A stretch of 63,761 nucleotides of DNA, the filler included, from Trichomonas gallinae (taxonomy: Eukaryota), in the NCBI GenBank assembly GCA_008369845.1. It is 9 parts of 9 records of this genome, joined end to end, with 100 filler letters (N's around TTAATTAATTAA, not from the genome) between each part and the next. Parts side by side here need not be neighbours in the genome. Positions count along the whole stretch, not along the records: positions 29,302 to 36,962 come from MRSU01000605.1; positions 37,063 to 39,767 come from MRSU01000609.1; positions 39,868 to 48,953 come from MRSU01000612.1; 6 more parts are not named here. One strand, given 5' to 3'. Below, piece after piece: positions 32,645 through 43,558 of the stretch. The position numbers and the translations under genes are program-made. Position 1 is the stretch's first letter; every line of letters begins with the position of its first letter. The notes under the pieces were generated by a model. The model was not told the origin of the DNA. It worked only from the letters and a program-made list of their open reading frames with translations, and did no database searches.

Positions 32645-33238
32645 ATGACTGCAAGTACTAGGCCAACGATAAAAATAATTTTTGTCGGTAGCAGCTCTGT
32701 GGGAAAGACGTGCCTCATCGGGGCTCTCTTCCACCAAGATTTCAATCCACAACCAATATCAACGGTTGCACCTGCATTCAATGTTATCGATATTACGCAG
32801 TCAACGGGCAGAGTAGTCACTCTACAAGTCTGGGATACGGCTGGACAAGAAAGATATTCGGCTGTTAATCTTCTATTTTACAGAGATGCAGATATTGCAT
32901 GTGTTTGCTACGATCCAGGCAACCAAGAGTCATTGGAGTCAGTCCCAACGTGGATAAAAAGCGTTTTGGATGAAGTTCCGACATGCAAGTTGTTTTTAGT
33001 TCTAACGAAAATGGATTTATACGATGAACAGAAATGTTCGGAGTTCAGGGCTGAAGCAAACAATATCAAACAAAAATTCAATATCGAAGAAATATTCTAT
33101 ACGTCTGCAGCTTCAAAGACTGGTTTCGAGAATTTATTCCAGACTGCTGCAGACATTTCAAGGATCGCACCAATATTAAACTCTGTTGCTCTGGACTCTC
33201 CACAGCAAGAAAATGAGCAAAAGAAGGGCTGCTGTTAA
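32645..33238 (+). CDS. Rab-family small GTPase (divergent)
   Basis: GSSSVGKT P-loop, WDTAGQERY, TKMD (G4 variant), TSA (G5) and a C-terminal CC prenylation motif. Confidence 0.93.
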   Translation: MTASTRPTIKIIFVGSSSVGKTCLIGALFHQDFNPQPISTVAPAFNVIDITQSTGRVVTLQVWDTAGQERYSAVNLLFYRDADIACVCYDPGNQESLESVPTWIKSVLDEVPTCKLFLVLTKMDLYDEQKCSEFRAEANNIKQKFNIEEIFYTSAASKTGFENLFQTAADISRIAPILNSVALDSPQQENEQKKGCC

Positions 33239-33547
33239 ACTATTATTTTTTAATACAATTTCGCAGCCTATTTGTCAGCTTATTGATAGTTTTAATAGAT
33301 TTATCTATGATACATAGTTGTTGTTTCTTAATTTCTTTTATATAGAAATTCTAAATATTGATTTTAGTACTAATAAGCTCTTAACTCATTTATAACATGG
33401 ACTTATGCTTTGTAAGCGACATCTATTTTTGTTATTTTTAATGAAAATTCAGATATTTTTTTGGAATTTTGTACGAAAACTAGAAATAAGCTTAACAACT
33501 AAATACATTCTTTCTCTGTGATTTCATGAAAGTAAAATATCTATTCT

Positions 33548-34498
33548 TTATAATTCTGGAACAACCGCAACATCTTCTCCAACTGGAGCAGCTGGTTCCT
33601 GGTTCTTTGGCTTGTACGGGAACAGGCAATAGAGAACGATGGCAGCAGGAACACACAAGAAACCAACAAAGTATTGCCATGTGAATTTCTGGCCGAAGGC
33701 CCAGATTGAAATGAAGAGTCCGAAGAAGTTGGATGTGAGGAAGGACAAGTTCATTTCAGTTGCGGTAGAGAAATTCATGATAACTGGAACAAATGCGTAG
33801 TAAACAGCCATAGTGACACCATATAATATAGTCAGAACAATAACAACTGCATTCCAATTGTAATTCTTTATAGGTTTGATTTCAATGCTGAGACATAAAA
33901 TAAGTGCAATAGGAGAAGTGCAAACTCCGAATCTGAACAGGTAAATTCTATTTGATCCTTCATGTACAAGCTTTTCGACGAGTGTTGTGGCAATAGCGTA
34001 GCAAAGTGATGAAACTAATGCAATAAGGTTTCCTTGCCAACGCGAATCGCCTTTTCCATCGGTAATAAATACAATAACAGCACCTGCCGCACCTAATAGA
34101 ATAGCCAATATTTGCATCCAGGACAAAATTCTCCTGAAGAAGACGTATCCTAAGGGAGCAACAAAGAAAATAACAGTAGTAACAAGCAATTGGGCTGTAG
34201 ATAGAGATGTTAAAGTGTATGCATATATAGAAGCTACGTCACCGCCAAGATTGCAGAGTGATACGATTAAATATCCCCACCATTTGGCCGTAGTTTTTGG
34301 TACACTCCAACAGCTCATCAATAATAAGCATACATATGATATTGTTAAGTTAAGAAATGGAAGTGTTGATCCATTCCTCATACCTAAATAGTTAATTATT
34401 GTACCTAAAGCAGTGAGCATTAAAGAACATACTTGCCACATCATCATGGTGAACCATTTACGCTCAAACAACCTTTGCAAGCATGGATGTAATTTCAT
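33548..34498 (-). CDS. SLC35F-like (EamA/DMT superfamily) membrane transporter
   Basis: Ten hydrophobic helices; motifs AYTLTSLSTAQLL, GNLIALVSSLCYA and STATEMNLSFLTSNFF. Confidence 0.85.
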   Translation of the reverse strand: MKLHPCLQRLFERKWFTMMMWQVCSLMLTALGTIINYLGMRNGSTLPFLNLTISYVCLLLMSCWSVPKTTAKWWGYLIVSLCNLGGDVASIYAYTLTSLSTAQLLVTTVIFFVAPLGYVFFRRILSWMQILAILLGAAGAVIVFITDGKGDSRWQGNLIALVSSLCYAIATTLVEKLVHEGSNRIYLFRFGVCTSPIALILCLSIEIKPIKNYNWNAVVIVLTILYGVTMAVYYAFVPVIMNFSTATEMNLSFLTSNFFGLFISIWAFGQKFTWQYFVGFLCVPAAIVLYCLFPYKPKNQEPAAPVGEDVAVVPEL

Positions 34499-35692
34499 TT
34501 ATACCACTCCTCTCAAAATGAAGTGACAAGTCGCACAAAATAGGCTTATTAGTCGATTCTTCGTGCCATACTATTTATGTCCGACTTTCATAAGGAGCTG
34601 ATTCCGCTCAAATTTTTGAATGAATTTAATTTAAGATTTTATCATAATTCGATTTATTTAATGCTAAATATGTGGAAAAGTTTTATAAAATTGAAAGTGA
34701 AATGTAAATTGTCAGAAAAATTGAGAGTTAGAAAACCTTATACTGAAAAATTAAAAAATAAGGAAAAATTAACCATGATTTCTTTTAGTGCAGCTGACAT
34801 TCATCCAAAAATGAGTGATTAACATCTGACAAAGAAGGATGTTTCTTTTTACTGTTCGCTATGACTAATTTAATTGATTGAGAAAAATAAAGATTTGAAA
34901 GCTTTATTGATGACAATCACTCATATTAGAGGTTATATAGCTTTCTGCTAATGGTTAGAGTGTATAAATGTTTATTTTTAGGTTCAAACATTTGAGAGAA
35001 TGACTTCTCACATAAGTTATTATAAATTTCTAATAAAATAGAGCTGATAAGACTATATATTATCTATTTTCTTAATTTAACAGTCTTATGAAATCGAAAT
35101 TGCGTCGAGAAGGTTGACATGTTGCGCTCTTTAAGAAATAGGTATATATTCACCACTGAATAAATTTTCACCACTCAGAGGCCTTATTAATACGATCATA
35201 TATTTTCCTTCAATATTTAATTTTTACAAAATTCTGCCACGTAACAAAGACAATTTCATTATTCCGAACACTTTACAAATAATTATGCCATGTAAAATAT
35301 TAATTTTTATCGTGTAAATTCATGACGTCCTTGGGAAAAAAGCTTTTCATCCCATTGCCAGTGTTCTCATATTTAAGCTCATGGGACACAAAACAAGGTT
35401 TGATCATCTATTAAAGATATAGATCTACTTTTTGTGGTCCAGACCGAAAAAAGTGATCAAAAAACGTCATCGCCTTGTCAAATCAAAAATATGCCACGTA
35501 AAATTTAATAATATGACATGTAAAATAATAATTATTGACACTTTACAAAATCTATTTTTGTCCACTTTACATGATTTAATTTTTATCAATCTGACATTTA
35601 ACACTTTACAAAATATATTAATGACATGTAAAGTTCGCAAAATTTGGCGGTAAAATTTAATTTTCTGAAGTTTACATCAAGTTTTGATTTCG

Positions 35693-36598
35693 ATGGCATC
35701 TGAGGTAAAAGGAGAAGCGACTCCGCCCAAAGAAGCATCGCTAGCCCCACTTGCTCCAACAAGGAGCAGGATGAAGAATAATGCAACAAATTCAAACGCA
35801 AAATGGACAGACGAGGAAGACGCTTTGCTTAAGAAACTCGCAAACAAGCCAGACCCTCAGTGGGCCGAAATAGCAAAACAGTTTCCAAACAAAACAAGGC
35901 ATCAAGTCACCGACAGATGGGAGAAAGTTCTAAATCCGAACTTATTGAAAGGATCGTGGACAGGAGAAGAAGACACAATGATCATACAATGGGTGAAAGA
36001 GAACGGAGCAAAGAACTGGGGAAGTCTCTCAGAGCTTTTGCCTGGAAGAATTTCCAAACAATGCAGAGAAAGATGGCACAATCACTTATGCCCTTCTATA
36101 ACAAAATCCGACTGGACGAAAGAAGAAGATGACATACTTATCGAGCACCAAAAACTTTGGGGAAATAAATGGTCAAAGATCGCAGCTCTGCTGCCAGGTA
36201 GAACAGACAATTCAGTCAAGAACAGGTGGAACTCGTCTCTAAAAAGGAGGCTAGAAAGAATAGCTTCGGGCCAGCAAGTTCTTCTCAAGAGAGGAAGGAA
36301 GCCTAAGCGTCCTTCTGAGGCGCCGACGGGAGAAATGCCTAAGCCAAACATAGAGGAGTTCACTTTGAAGGCTTCTGACACTCTAATGTCGCCAATGTTA
36401 TTAGATTCTCCTGGAGCATTGATAAATACACCGGGAAAGTGGCTAAACTGCATGACACCAAATTTGATGTCACCTGGAATACCTTGGCAGTCGACTCCTT
36501 CACCGAATTTCCTCGCGAAAGATATTGCATTCAATCTTGATTCTACAGATCAGATGCCGCAGCTCAAACTTGATAATAACGATCAACCACCAGTATAA
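35693..36598 (+). CDS. three-repeat (R1R2R3) Myb transcription factor
   Basis: KWTDEED...W...DRWEKVLNP; KGSWTGEED...NW...KQCRERWHNHL; WTKEED...GNKWSKIAALLPGRTDNSVKNRWNSSLKRR. The tail is rich in SP/TP sites. Confidence 0.95.
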   Translation: MASEVKGEATPPKEASLAPLAPTRSRMKNNATNSNAKWTDEEDALLKKLANKPDPQWAEIAKQFPNKTRHQVTDRWEKVLNPNLLKGSWTGEEDTMIIQWVKENGAKNWGSLSELLPGRISKQCRERWHNHLCPSITKSDWTKEEDDILIEHQKLWGNKWSKIAALLPGRTDNSVKNRWNSSLKRRLERIASGQQVLLKRGRKPKRPSEAPTGEMPKPNIEEFTLKASDTLMSPMLLDSPGALINTPGKWLNCMTPNLMSPGIPWQSTPSPNFLAKDIAFNLDSTDQMPQLKLDNNDQPPV

Positions 36599-37386
36599 TT
36601 GCAGAATGTATTTTTGTTTCTTTCATATTATCCTATCTTCTTTATTGTAAAGTTGTTTATTTCTAGTAATGTGCCTGAATTCGCTCTTTTTATATTTATG
36701 TGTGAGAATAGGTTCATATGTTCAATATATGTTACATTCTTTGAAATAATTTAATGAAAATCACCTGAATAAGCCTTAATAATAGTATAATTGGATACAA
36801 ATATACTAAAAGTCAACAACACTAAACGGATAATGGCACATTTTCGCTATCCTTGTTAATTTGAAATATGAAATTAAGTGAATTTCTTGAGTAATATGAA
36901 GAGTGAGATCGAAATAGTATTTAAGATGGTATAATTTAAATGCTGTGTTATATAAGCTGTTTNNNNNNNNNNNNNNNNNNNNNNNNNNNNNNNNNNNNNN
37001 NNNNNNTTAATTAATTAANNNNNNNNNNNNNNNNNNNNNNNNNNNNNNNNNNNNNNNNNNNNTATATTCTATAACTCGTCAAAGACGAAATACGTTGCGA
37101 GTGTAATTGCATGCCAAACATTATCGTGAAAAAACTTATTTCAAGATTTGTAATTCTTTTTCACTAGTAGAAGCAACAGCGAGAGAAAAAAATCTGGATC
37201 TATATTTATTCATCATTAGCCAAAAACTCACATATTACAAATGATTGATTCTAGTTGCACATATTAAAACAGTTTGTTCTAAAAAATCTTAATCTAATGA
37301 ATACAATAAAAAAAGGCAACGGCATATTTACAGTTCTATGCAGCCAATGATTTGCACGAAATGCAGAAATCTTATGCATATATATA

Positions 37387-38377
37387 ATGCCGCGTGTGAG
37401 CCGGTTTGTTAAGAGCTGGGACAAATTCTTTGGTGAAGAAAGAAATTCATCTCACAAGTATAGAAGCGATTATTTAAACAGCACGGATACAAACTATTAC
37501 GTAAATTTATGTGGATTTGTAAGACTTAGACTGATTGAAGACATATTAATACATTCACAAAAAACAAATTTGAAATTCCTTATTGAAGATTGTTGCTTCT
37601 ATGAGTGATTAATCCAAAGTGGAGGTGGAGGATCATTAATATACCCGAATAAGGCAAATGCTACCAAATTCGCATTCACAGCGTAAGATCTCAAGGATTA
37701 GAAAGTCATTATTGTTATTATATGCACTCCTCGCAATTTATCTTTGTTTTATGACTCATCTATATCACAACCAGCCAATGGAACAGGTATAGGAACAGGG
37801 AATGTCGATTTTTATAATTCAGAATGTGATATTAATATCGACATGCATAGGCATATCGTCAAAGCATTTTTTGGCTAAGAGAAATAACTACTGAATCGAA
37901 TATACCACACTCAACATTCATTGGTAACAATATTTCGTCCTTTGAAAATAAATTGAACTGGTTTGAAGGATATGTTTGGTATTTTGAGCTAATGATAAGC
38001 TTCTGTGATTATAAGAATAACATGAGTGTCACAGATTTGATGACATTTTGCGAAGTTATTGGTTTTGTGTCGAAATGTAATTTCAAACATGATAAATAGA
38101 TACAATATCTGTTCTAACAACAGTCAGAAGGACATGTAGTAGTTGATGATTGTTATCTTGTTAATTATAATGAAAAAGGAACAGTTAGAACAGAAATTAA
38201 TGCAAATTCTGAATTGAATTTCGATCTAAGTCATTACACAGTACTACAATGCAGGAAATATCAACAGGAAGAGATTGTAACATATATTAACGCTCTTAAA
38301 AGATTTCTATCGTTTTTGGAATATGATAAAATGATTCGAAGATCAAAGATAGTCAACAAACTCAAAAACCTGCTTTA
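37387..38377 (+). pseudogene. decayed tandem paralogue of the 38838 surface-protein gene
   Basis: KSWDKFFG...KYRSDYLNSTDTNYYV...FLIEDCCFYE*, then frameshifted blocks GKCYQIRIHSVRS, YDSSISQPANGTGIGTGNV and EGHVVVDDCYL...LNFDLSHYTVLQC, all colinear with the downstream gene. Confidence 0.85.
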
Positions 38378-38603
38378 GCGCAAAGATAATAATAAAACAT
38401 AACCATTTCATTTATCTAAAGAAAATTTTTTAATCTCTTTAAAATTATGGAATTTTTTTAATGACAACATATAACTAAACATTATAAATCTACATATTTC
38501 CAGACTATTATATTATTTTCTATATTGCTTAGTTCGAATTGATTGAATATATTTTTCACAATCAAAATTTTAAATAAATTGCGTTAATATTTTGTATTCA
38601 GGT

Positions 38604-38626
38604 CTATATATATATATATATATATA
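38604..38626. repeat. (TA)n microsatellite
   Basis: Directly visible. Confidence 0.9.
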
Positions 38627-38837
38627 GAGTATATGGTACTGAAAATCTATAAAATTCCATATTTCCTCCGTCAAAATTTCCGAAGATCATCAACAAATCT
38701 ATTTTAATCTGAATATTCATACAATAATGTAGTTAATTCATAAAAATATTTGTAATTTGAAATAAAAAGAGCTATTTTCCATTTATGTAACGCTAAATAC
38801 ATGACTACGATGATAAACTTAATTACAAGGAGAAAGG

Positions 38838-39767
38838 ATGCCACATTCATATATTTTGAGGTATGTAGTAAATTATTATTCGAAGAGTTGGGATAAAGTC
38901 TATGGTAACGAGATTCATAAAAATTATAAATACAGAAGCGATCCATTATCAACAACAGATAATAACTATTACGTCTATTCCTGCCATTTCGTTGAATTAC
39001 GAGAGGATGGAGCATTATACATTCGATCCGATTCGAAATTCCTATCTGAAGATTGCTGCTATTCTAGATGTTTAACAAAAAGTTTTGCAGGTATTGTCTA
39101 TTGTCAAATGCATGAGTGTATTCAAAAACGTATATATAGTTTAAAATCTGAAATTACAACTGAAACTTATGGTGTGTTTCTTCTTTGTGACGTGATTGGA
39201 TCCGGGCCACAAAATATACTGAATGATACATCAATTTCAGAATCAGGAGCAAGCACCGGTATTGGGATTTCAAACATTTATATCAAGAATAGCTTATTTA
39301 AATGCAAATATAATAATATATCTAATGCTAATTTAAATTATAATTCCATCCATGTATTGGAAAATGTAGAATCAGAATCAAGTATTTCTTTCTGTTCTTT
39401 TATGAATAATAAACAAAAACATTATTATGCTAGTTTATATTCAATAAAAGATACAAACACTAAAATCACAGTAAGTTCATGTAACTATGTTGAAAACTCT
39501 GGTGGAAATAGTGTTGTTTTAATTAAAAATGTAATTATTTTGTTCACAAAATGTAATTTTTTTAAAAACATTATTGATTTTGATTATTTGCAACATAGTG
39601 AAGGTGGTAGTGTTACTCTTGATAATTGTTATCTTGATAAACCACTTTATTACAAACTTGGCACTATTACAACCAAAAATAATGCTGCACGTGAAATTAA
39701 TTTAGGACTGTCTCATATGACAAACTATGAATGCATTGCTTATACACCTTCCATTATCAAAAATGTT
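38838..39767 (+). CDS. trichomonad Cys/Asn/Ser-rich putative surface protein, 3' end cut by the gap
   Basis: Open frame up to the gap. Repeated strand-C-x-F-xx-N units suggest a beta-helix. Shares W..., YVY.C.F, DtSISe and L.H.....C with 22585-23673. Confidence 0.75.
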
Positions 39768-40910
39768 NNNNNNNNNNNNNNNNNNNNNNNNNNNNNNNNN
39801 NNNNNNNNNNNTTAATTAATTAANNNNNNNNNNNNNNNNNNNNNNNNNNNNNNNNNNNNNNNNNNNNTGAAGAAATATATAATAGAGAATACATGTGCAT
39901 ACAAAAAGACTCGTATTTTAGGTATATGAAATATTGTCATTTTAATTCCCTCTTTTTGTGCTGAATAAAGTTGATAAGTGAGAACATGAATCGAATTATG
40001 CGCATAGCTTAATAGAAATCATAAGCTAACCGTATATTTTTGTAGAGTTTGAGATCGGATCTCGAAAGTTCTCTGTACAATTTTTCTGAAAACTTCTGAA
40101 TCATTATAACTAGTATTCATGTGATTGCATATCAGAGGATATGCTATAACTCAGGCTCGTTTTTTCGGGGTGAAATTCGAAAACCTAACATATATGTTTC
40201 TAATGAGGTTTCGAAGCCTTATGCTATGAGGTGCTCAGAAACAATTTTTAGGGCTTAAAATCGGAATTTGAAATTTTTTCAAATTATCGTGTCCAATTTT
40301 TTTGTAAAATTAAAGATTATAGCGTTCATAATAAGCATTTTGAAGTATTCTTTTATCACGCTTCGATGACTATCAGCTTTTCGAAGCCGTGGTTGAGAAC
40401 AGCAGCGATAACCATGACCGAGGCTGAAAAAGTGAGCTTTTTTATAACGTACAAACCTCCGGGGGACATTTGTTTTGACTCTGAAAATTTTATCTTGCTA
40501 TGACAACAGTGAATTTTCTCTTGTTGTTCAATCCTCTATGATAATTTCCTTGTAAATAACATGGTTTGTTATATAATATTAGTCTGAATTTAAATTTTTT
40601 TGTCTTATCTTCAAAGCATCTACATCAAATTCATATACTAGTATTGCATTATGCAAATTACGCATTTCTGCTTTTAATTAACGAAATATTTTTATTTTAT
40701 CAAAAATCTTAAATTTGATAAAAAATAATTTGTATTTTATTTTATATGCTTATAAACTTCTTAAATCTATATCAAATGTCCGGTAATTTGAATAAAATAT
40801 AAAAATTTGAAATTTTTGATAACTGATTAAAAATAGATTTGGATTTGATTATAGAAAAGATTAGTTTAGAGAGACGTGGAAAGAATGAACAATCATTGAG
40901 GAAAGAAAAA

Positions 40911-41885
40911 TTATGTTTCGAGTTGCTTGTAAAGTTTGTAGAGATCTTGGTTAAGTGGCTTGAGCTTGCCGACGAGGTCCTCGAATGGGACTAAAGTGAT
41001 CTTCTCGTCCTTGATGCCAACCATTTTGCCGGTTTCACCATTGAGAAGAGCATCAACAGCCGCTGTGCCCATGATTGTACCATAGTAGCGGTCGCGATAA
41101 GATGGAGAACCACCACGCTGTGTGTAACCAAGTACTGTTGTTCTAACATCGAAGCCTGTCTGGTCTTCAATTGACTTAAGATAGTCGATAAGAGCCTTTG
41201 TGCCTGGCTTCCAGCCTTCTGCGACGACAATGATGGCGTGTGGCTTACCACGAGTGTAAGCGTTTGTAATTGTCTTAGCAATATCCTCCATTGATGGGTT
41301 GTTGCCCTCTGGGACGAGGCAGACCTCAGCACCAGCAGCTGCAGCAGCCATCAAAGCAAGAGCGCCGGAATCACGACCCATAACTTCGACAACGAAAGCA
41401 CGTTGAATGGAAGAAGCGCAGTCACGAATTCTCTCGATAGCCTCGATGATGATATTGAGTGCTGTATCGACACCGATGCAAACGTCTGTGCCATAAACGT
41501 CATCATCAATAGAACCTGGGAGTCCAATGACTGGGAAACCGTCTTTGTGGAGGAGATTAGCGCCTGCGAGCGAACCATTACCGCCAACGACGATAAGTCC
41601 ATCAATAGAGAACTTATTTAATGTTCTGATAGCTTCTCTGCGAACCTTTGGATTTGACCAAGATGGGAGTCTTGCTGTACCGATGAATGTGCCACCGAGT
41701 CCTAATTTGCCCGAGACACTTCTTGAGTTCAACTCGAAAATTTTTCCATCAACGAGACCTAAATAGCCTCTGTTGACTCCGTAGACTTTAAGTCCCTTCT
41801 CGAGACCGTAGCGCGTCGCTGACCTGATGATAGCGTTTAACCCAGCGCTATCACCGCCTGATGTGAGAATGCCGATTGACCTCAT
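40911..41885 (-). CDS. pfkA: ATP-dependent 6-phosphofructokinase, short bacterial PfkA type
   Basis: ILTSGGD, GGTFIGTAR, VVGGNGS, PGSIDDD, VEVMGR, VAEG and LGYTQRGG. Gly at both phosphoryl-donor specificity positions indicates ATP rather than PPi. Confidence 0.95.
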   Translation of the reverse strand: MRSIGILTSGGDSAGLNAIIRSATRYGLEKGLKVYGVNRGYLGLVDGKIFELNSRSVSGKLGLGGTFIGTARLPSWSNPKVRREAIRTLNKFSIDGLIVVGGNGSLAGANLLHKDGFPVIGLPGSIDDDVYGTDVCIGVDTALNIIIEAIERIRDCASSIQRAFVVEVMGRDSGALALMAAAAAGAEVCLVPEGNNPSMEDIAKTITNAYTRGKPHAIIVVAEGWKPGTKALIDYLKSIEDQTGFDVRTTVLGYTQRGGSPSYRDRYYGTIMGTAAVDALLNGETGKMVGIKDEKITLVPFEDLVGKLKPLNQDLYKLYKQLET

Positions 41886-43440
41886 TCAAGAAAAATAAAT
41901 TTTTTTTTTTGACCAGTTGTTAATTCAAACTTATTTTGCCTTTTTCACTTGCTTTACCCTCAATGCATTTGATTTATGATTTACATCGTCTAAAATTTTT
42001 GTCACTTTTAGTGACATCGATCATCCCTTTGAAAAGTTTAAGAACTTGTGGATAACAATGTATTAATCAATGATATCAGTTATTTGACCATTATTTTGAT
42101 TTTCTTTTTTATTTTGATTTTATATTAAATTTGCATTATACATCACATAACAAATCTAAATTCCCTAAAATTAGCGTGATTTTATTCGATTTAAATAATT
42201 TCTTTTAGTTTTTTTATATTTAAATAATATTTCAATCATATATTCTAAATTCGTGAAAATTGATTTGATTTTATTCGTTTTACGTTATTTTGTGAATTTT
42301 ATTTTTGATTTATATTCAATGATTAATTTATAGTATAGTGATTGAAGATTTTTCAGATTGAGGGAAAACATTGAAATTTTTCAAATGGGAAAAATAAATT
42401 CAATGATTGGATATAAAGTAAGAAAATTAATTGTTAATGTGAATTATTGCAATATCAACAAAAAAATTATTTATTGTAAATTAATGAGAATTAATATATT
42501 TTCCATTGGAAGTAATTATCAAAGAACGAACGAAAAGGGAATTTTTACTGAAAAGTGAGGATATCTCTTTGAAATAAAAAAAACTAAACAAATTGATTAT
42601 TTGGTTTCAATGAATCTAAAACATAACAAGTAATCAAACAAAATAGCAAATTCTCTAACAAAATGTATTTTTGGAATCGTTAATCACCATGAATAATATT
42701 TCATCATTTATTTATGATCGATCTCTTTTTGTAAGAAAATTTGATAAGAAATTAACCTTAGATAACTGACAATTAACGATCGTTGATGGCATCATTGCAA
42801 GAAATAGTGTCTGTTCATTGATATGATATTTTTAGGTCTATTAGTTATAAATCATGCATATTTCCAGATAGATCGACTAAGATTTTTGATTCAATTTTTG
42901 AACAAACGTCTGCTAATAAAACTAACATAGCACTTCAATAAGTTGGAGCTTTACCAATATGTTTAATGCGGCAAAAACTAAATCTAATACAAATATTATA
43001 ATTTCGAATTTTATCCGTTGTTACAAAACTAAATCATATTATGATGGAAGTTTCATTAGAACAGATAACGTAATATGAACTTTCAAATGCTGAAAATATT
43101 GATATTATTGCGTTCAATTCTAGGATTTCCTCCTACAAGTCGTGTTATATAAATTTAGGTTGGAATACGTATGTACTTGTTATTGTTTGATTCAAGATGT
43201 TGAACGCAATATATTCATTGTTGAATCGATTGATAATTTTCATTTGCTTTATATACAGTATTCAAATCGAAAATTAAAACTAAATACACCAAGATAATGA
43301 AACAATAAAATTTGCAATATCAATTCGCGTGCTCTCTACATAATGATATGTAAAAACAATCGTAACCAAAAACTGTCATGTAATTAATGAATCTGAAATG
43401 TAAATTAGTTTTTTGCCATGTAGAAATAATTTTATATCAT

Positions 43441-43535
43441 ATGACATGTAAACTTTACATATGACATGTAAATAATCAATATGCCATGTAAATATTTAAT
43501 ATGTCATGTAAAAACTAAATATGACGTGTAAAATT
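43441..43535 (+). promoter_or_regulatory. five tandem copies of ATGHCRTGTAAA at exact 20-bp spacing, just upstream of a gene
   Basis: Cores start at 43441, 43461, 43481, 43501 and 43521, with differing 8-nt spacers; the ATG is at 43559. Confidence 0.7.
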
Positions 43536-43558
43536 GCGCACGTTAATTTTTATTTTTT

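Noticed and set aside
39868..40500. Somewhat GC-richer non-coding segment suggesting a repeat remnant (similar at 54400-54800)
   Set aside because: No paired TIRs, TSD or ORF found.
43441..43535. Repeat-spacer array as a mini-CRISPR
   Set aside because: A 12-bp degenerate core with 8-bp spacers is far too short. The same word is dispersed upstream of other genes.
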